A stretch of 64,000 nt of DNA from Minisyncoccia bacterium (GTDB lineage Bacteria; Patescibacteriota; Minisyncoccia; Phycocordibacterales; UBA5272): NCBI GenBank assembly GCA_038326985.1, contig JBBQKQ010000001.1, forward strand, positions 5,943 through 69,942, given 5' to 3'. This document shows positions 62,390 to 64,000 of the stretch, one piece after another. Each line of letters begins with the position of its first letter. Within the stretch, counting starts at the first letter, position 1. The notes beneath the pieces are model-generated. The model saw nothing but the letters and a program-made list of their open reading frames with translations. It had not been told where the DNA came from and searched no databases. Made by a program: the position numbers and the translations under genes.

Positions 62390-62929
62390 TTAAAACTTAC
62401 CTAAAACACTTGTAGAAATGAAACTCTTACAAACAGTCATGTCTTCACACTGTTCTTTTGTAGTTGCTAGTTTTATATCTGCACCTTTTTTATAAATATA
62501 AGTACTAACTCCAGCATCTGTACACTTAACAATTGGGAATTCTAGACCATCTTTTTTATTCTTAGAAGTTCCATCAGTATTCTCTACCACACACTCTCCT
62601 GATAAATTCTTAATCACAGTTTCCGTTCCGGCTTTATCAATAAATGAAATGGTAGTTTTTGTTGCGGTAGTACTTGCAACTAATCTCCATGAGAATTCTC
62701 CACTTGCCGATTTATAAACAGTTTTATCTGCTTCTGATTGTTTTGCTGCTTCTGCTTCTGCTGCAACACGAGCTTGTTCAGCGTCACGTGCCGCCTGATC
62801 TTGTTGCATTTTTACTTTCTCTTGAGCAACTCTTTCTGCTTCTGCTCGGGCTGAGTAATCAACATAAGCAAATATTCCACTCCCTACAATAACTAATGCC
62901 AAAACTATTATTATTATTTTATTTTTCAT
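62390..62929 (-). CDS. hypothetical membrane-anchored protein with an A/E/Q-rich helix
   Basis: 179 aa. Confidence 0.3.
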   Translation of the reverse strand: MKNKIIIIVLALVIVGSGIFAYVDYSARAEAERVAQEKVKMQQDQAARDAEQARVAAEAEAAKQSEADKTVYKSASGEFSWRLVASTTATKTTISFIDKAGTETVIKNLSGECVVENTDGTSKNKKDGLEFPIVKCTDAGVSTYIYKKGADIKLATTKEQCEDMTVCKSFISTSVLGKF

Positions 62930-63017
62930 ATACGCATAGTTTACCTTAAATTATAATTATTGCAAGAAAGTAATATTTTGGTTTTAGATTGAACACTTAA
63001 TTAACACTTCATAAAAC

Positions 63018-63047
63018 CAAAAACCTATACTGGGTATAGGTTTTTTG
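63018..63047 (-). terminator. intrinsic terminator after the fibre-like gene
   Basis: AACCTATAC-TGG-GTATAGGTT flanked by A/T runs, 32 nt after the stop at 63079. Confidence 0.75.
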
Positions 63048-63078
63048 TTTCAATTTACACTTGAAAGAATTTTAGAAT

Positions 63079-64000
63079 TTATGGAGTTGCTGGAACCGGT
63101 GTAGGGTCTGGAGTTGGAGCCGGGCTTGGTGTGGAAGTAGGATCTGTTGAAGTTCCTGAACTAGGATTAGCTGGTGCTGAAGTATTGGCATTACCACCTC
63201 CAGAGTTATTAGAACCAGATGATATTATCTTGTCTAAGTCTTCTTTTGTATAACATTTCTCTACTCCGTCAGTTCCTGTTAGACAAAGTTGTTTTGTCTT
63301 AACTTTTTCTACACCGACATTTGCTAACAAATATTTAACTTCAGTTATTATTCTCTCAATTACTAGCCCTAAGAATGTTGAAGTTGTAGTAGAAGTTGTA
63401 GCTGTAAGAAGTGTTCCAGAAGCGTTATAAGTAGCAGGAGTTACGACAGTTGAAGAAGTTGCAGAAGTACTTGAGGAAAGTTCCGCCAAGAAGTCATTAA
63501 CTTGTTTTGCATTAGTACCAAGAGCTTTTAATTTAGCATCCACAGAAATTGTTGAACTTGCAGTTAAGTCTTCGATAGTTACTGCTGTAACTGTTGCAGA
63601 ACTAAATATTCTACTGTTCAACTCTTGAAGGGCTCGAATTGCAGGAACAACTAGTGATGCATAATCTACACCAAGAGTGTCTTTCACAGTCGTTGTACTT
63701 CCATCAGCATTTGCATAAGTTGTTGCTCCTATTATTGTTACTGAGTCTGGGAAGAGAGCTTGAACATTTTGGGCAAGAAGTCCAGTGTGTGTTCCAACTT
63801 TATTTATATCTTTCCAAGAGAAGTTTACAGTGTTTAGGTTTAAGATATTTTCAAGCGCTGACTTTCCATCTAAAGTTCCTAGATTATTTTTTAATCTTTC
63901 ATCTGAAGTACAATTTGTTGCACCAGTTCCTGCACCGATTATACAAGTAGTTCCAGAGCCTGCTACTGTTAGATTTCCATTGGCTGCTACTGTCAAGACG
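63079..64000 (-). CDS. C-terminal part of a fibre-like protein with a peptidase S74 (intramolecular chaperone/endosialidase-type) domain and an S/T/P-rich tail. The N-terminus lies outside the window.
   Basis: CTSDERLKNNLGTLDGKSALENILNLNTVNFSWKD...GLLAQNVQALFPDSV...LGVDYASLVVPAIRALQELNSRI matches the S74 pattern (SDxRLKxNI ... Y.wk ... G.iAQev ... v.Y..l....i.A.QeL). The frame is open to position 64000. Confidence 0.75.
   Translation of the reverse strand, partial: VLTVAANGNLTVAGSGTTCIIGAGTGATNCTSDERLKNNLGTLDGKSALENILNLNTVNFSWKDINKVGTHTGLLAQNVQALFPDSVTIIGATTYANADGSTTTVKDTLGVDYASLVVPAIRALQELNSRIFSSATVTAVTIEDLTASSTISVDAKLKALGTNAKQVNDFLAELSSSTSATSSTVVTPATYNASGTLLTATTSTTTSTFLGLVIERIITEVKYLLANVGVEKVKTKQLCLTGTDGVEKCYTKEDLDKIISSGSNNSGGGNANTSAPANPSSGTSTDPTSTPSPAPTPDPTPVPATP

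Overview
This is an AT-rich, gene-dense bacterial chromosomal segment read with the standard genetic code. I saw no rRNA, CRISPR array, transposase or integrase. The gene style suggests a Patescibacteria/CPR-like organism, but that is inference only. Supporting signs are small proteins, secE-nusG-rplK with no rplA beside it, many secreted, sortase-type or peptidoglycan-binding surface proteins, sparse metabolism, and start codons sitting right behind -10 boxes.

Core genes:
- argS (partial), a candidate RNase P RNA, pheA, rplK, nusG, secE, rplS, rpsT, pyrG, ung, mpg, ogt, bcp, ruvX, rlmB
- two RluA-type pseudouridine synthases
- six tRNAs: His-GUG, Leu-GAG, Val-UAC, Arg-UCU, Arg-GCG, Ser-UGA

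Functional clusters:
- A surface-glycan cluster at 5.0-14.3 kb: GH6, sortase plus an xPNTG substrate, a BcsA-like GT2 fused to a GT-C domain, GH8, GtrB-like and GtrA.
- A Zur/COG0523/ZnuABC zinc locus at 17.4-21.7 kb.
- A CsoR-controlled operon without a copper ATPase at 41.7-44.6 kb.
- A Pif1 helicase next to an AbiEii-type pair at 36.3-39.0 kb.
- An ECF sigma operon at 59.4-60.8 kb.

Observations most worth a second look:
1. A compositionally foreign patch lies downstream of tRNA-Ser (a P-type ATPase and a decayed cyoA). It is followed by self-contained gene cassettes (GNAT-ASCH-ASCH, NDT-like, transglutaminase-like), each ending in the same 32-nt motif. The 3' half of that motif resembles the tRNA-Ser 3' end.
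2. Two families of GC-rich hairpin mini-elements sit in frame inside four positions of three unrelated genes.
3. The BcsA-like/GT-C fusion sits in a GtrAB-type context.
4. A gene is split exactly at an A_AAA_AAC slippery heptamer.
5. A glycosidase is interrupted by a single in-frame TAG.
6. TGnTATAAT-N6-ATG architecture recurs, which implies leaderless mRNAs.
7. Two GC-rich structured RNA regions flank pheA.

All calls come from reading the sequence by eye. No searches were run.
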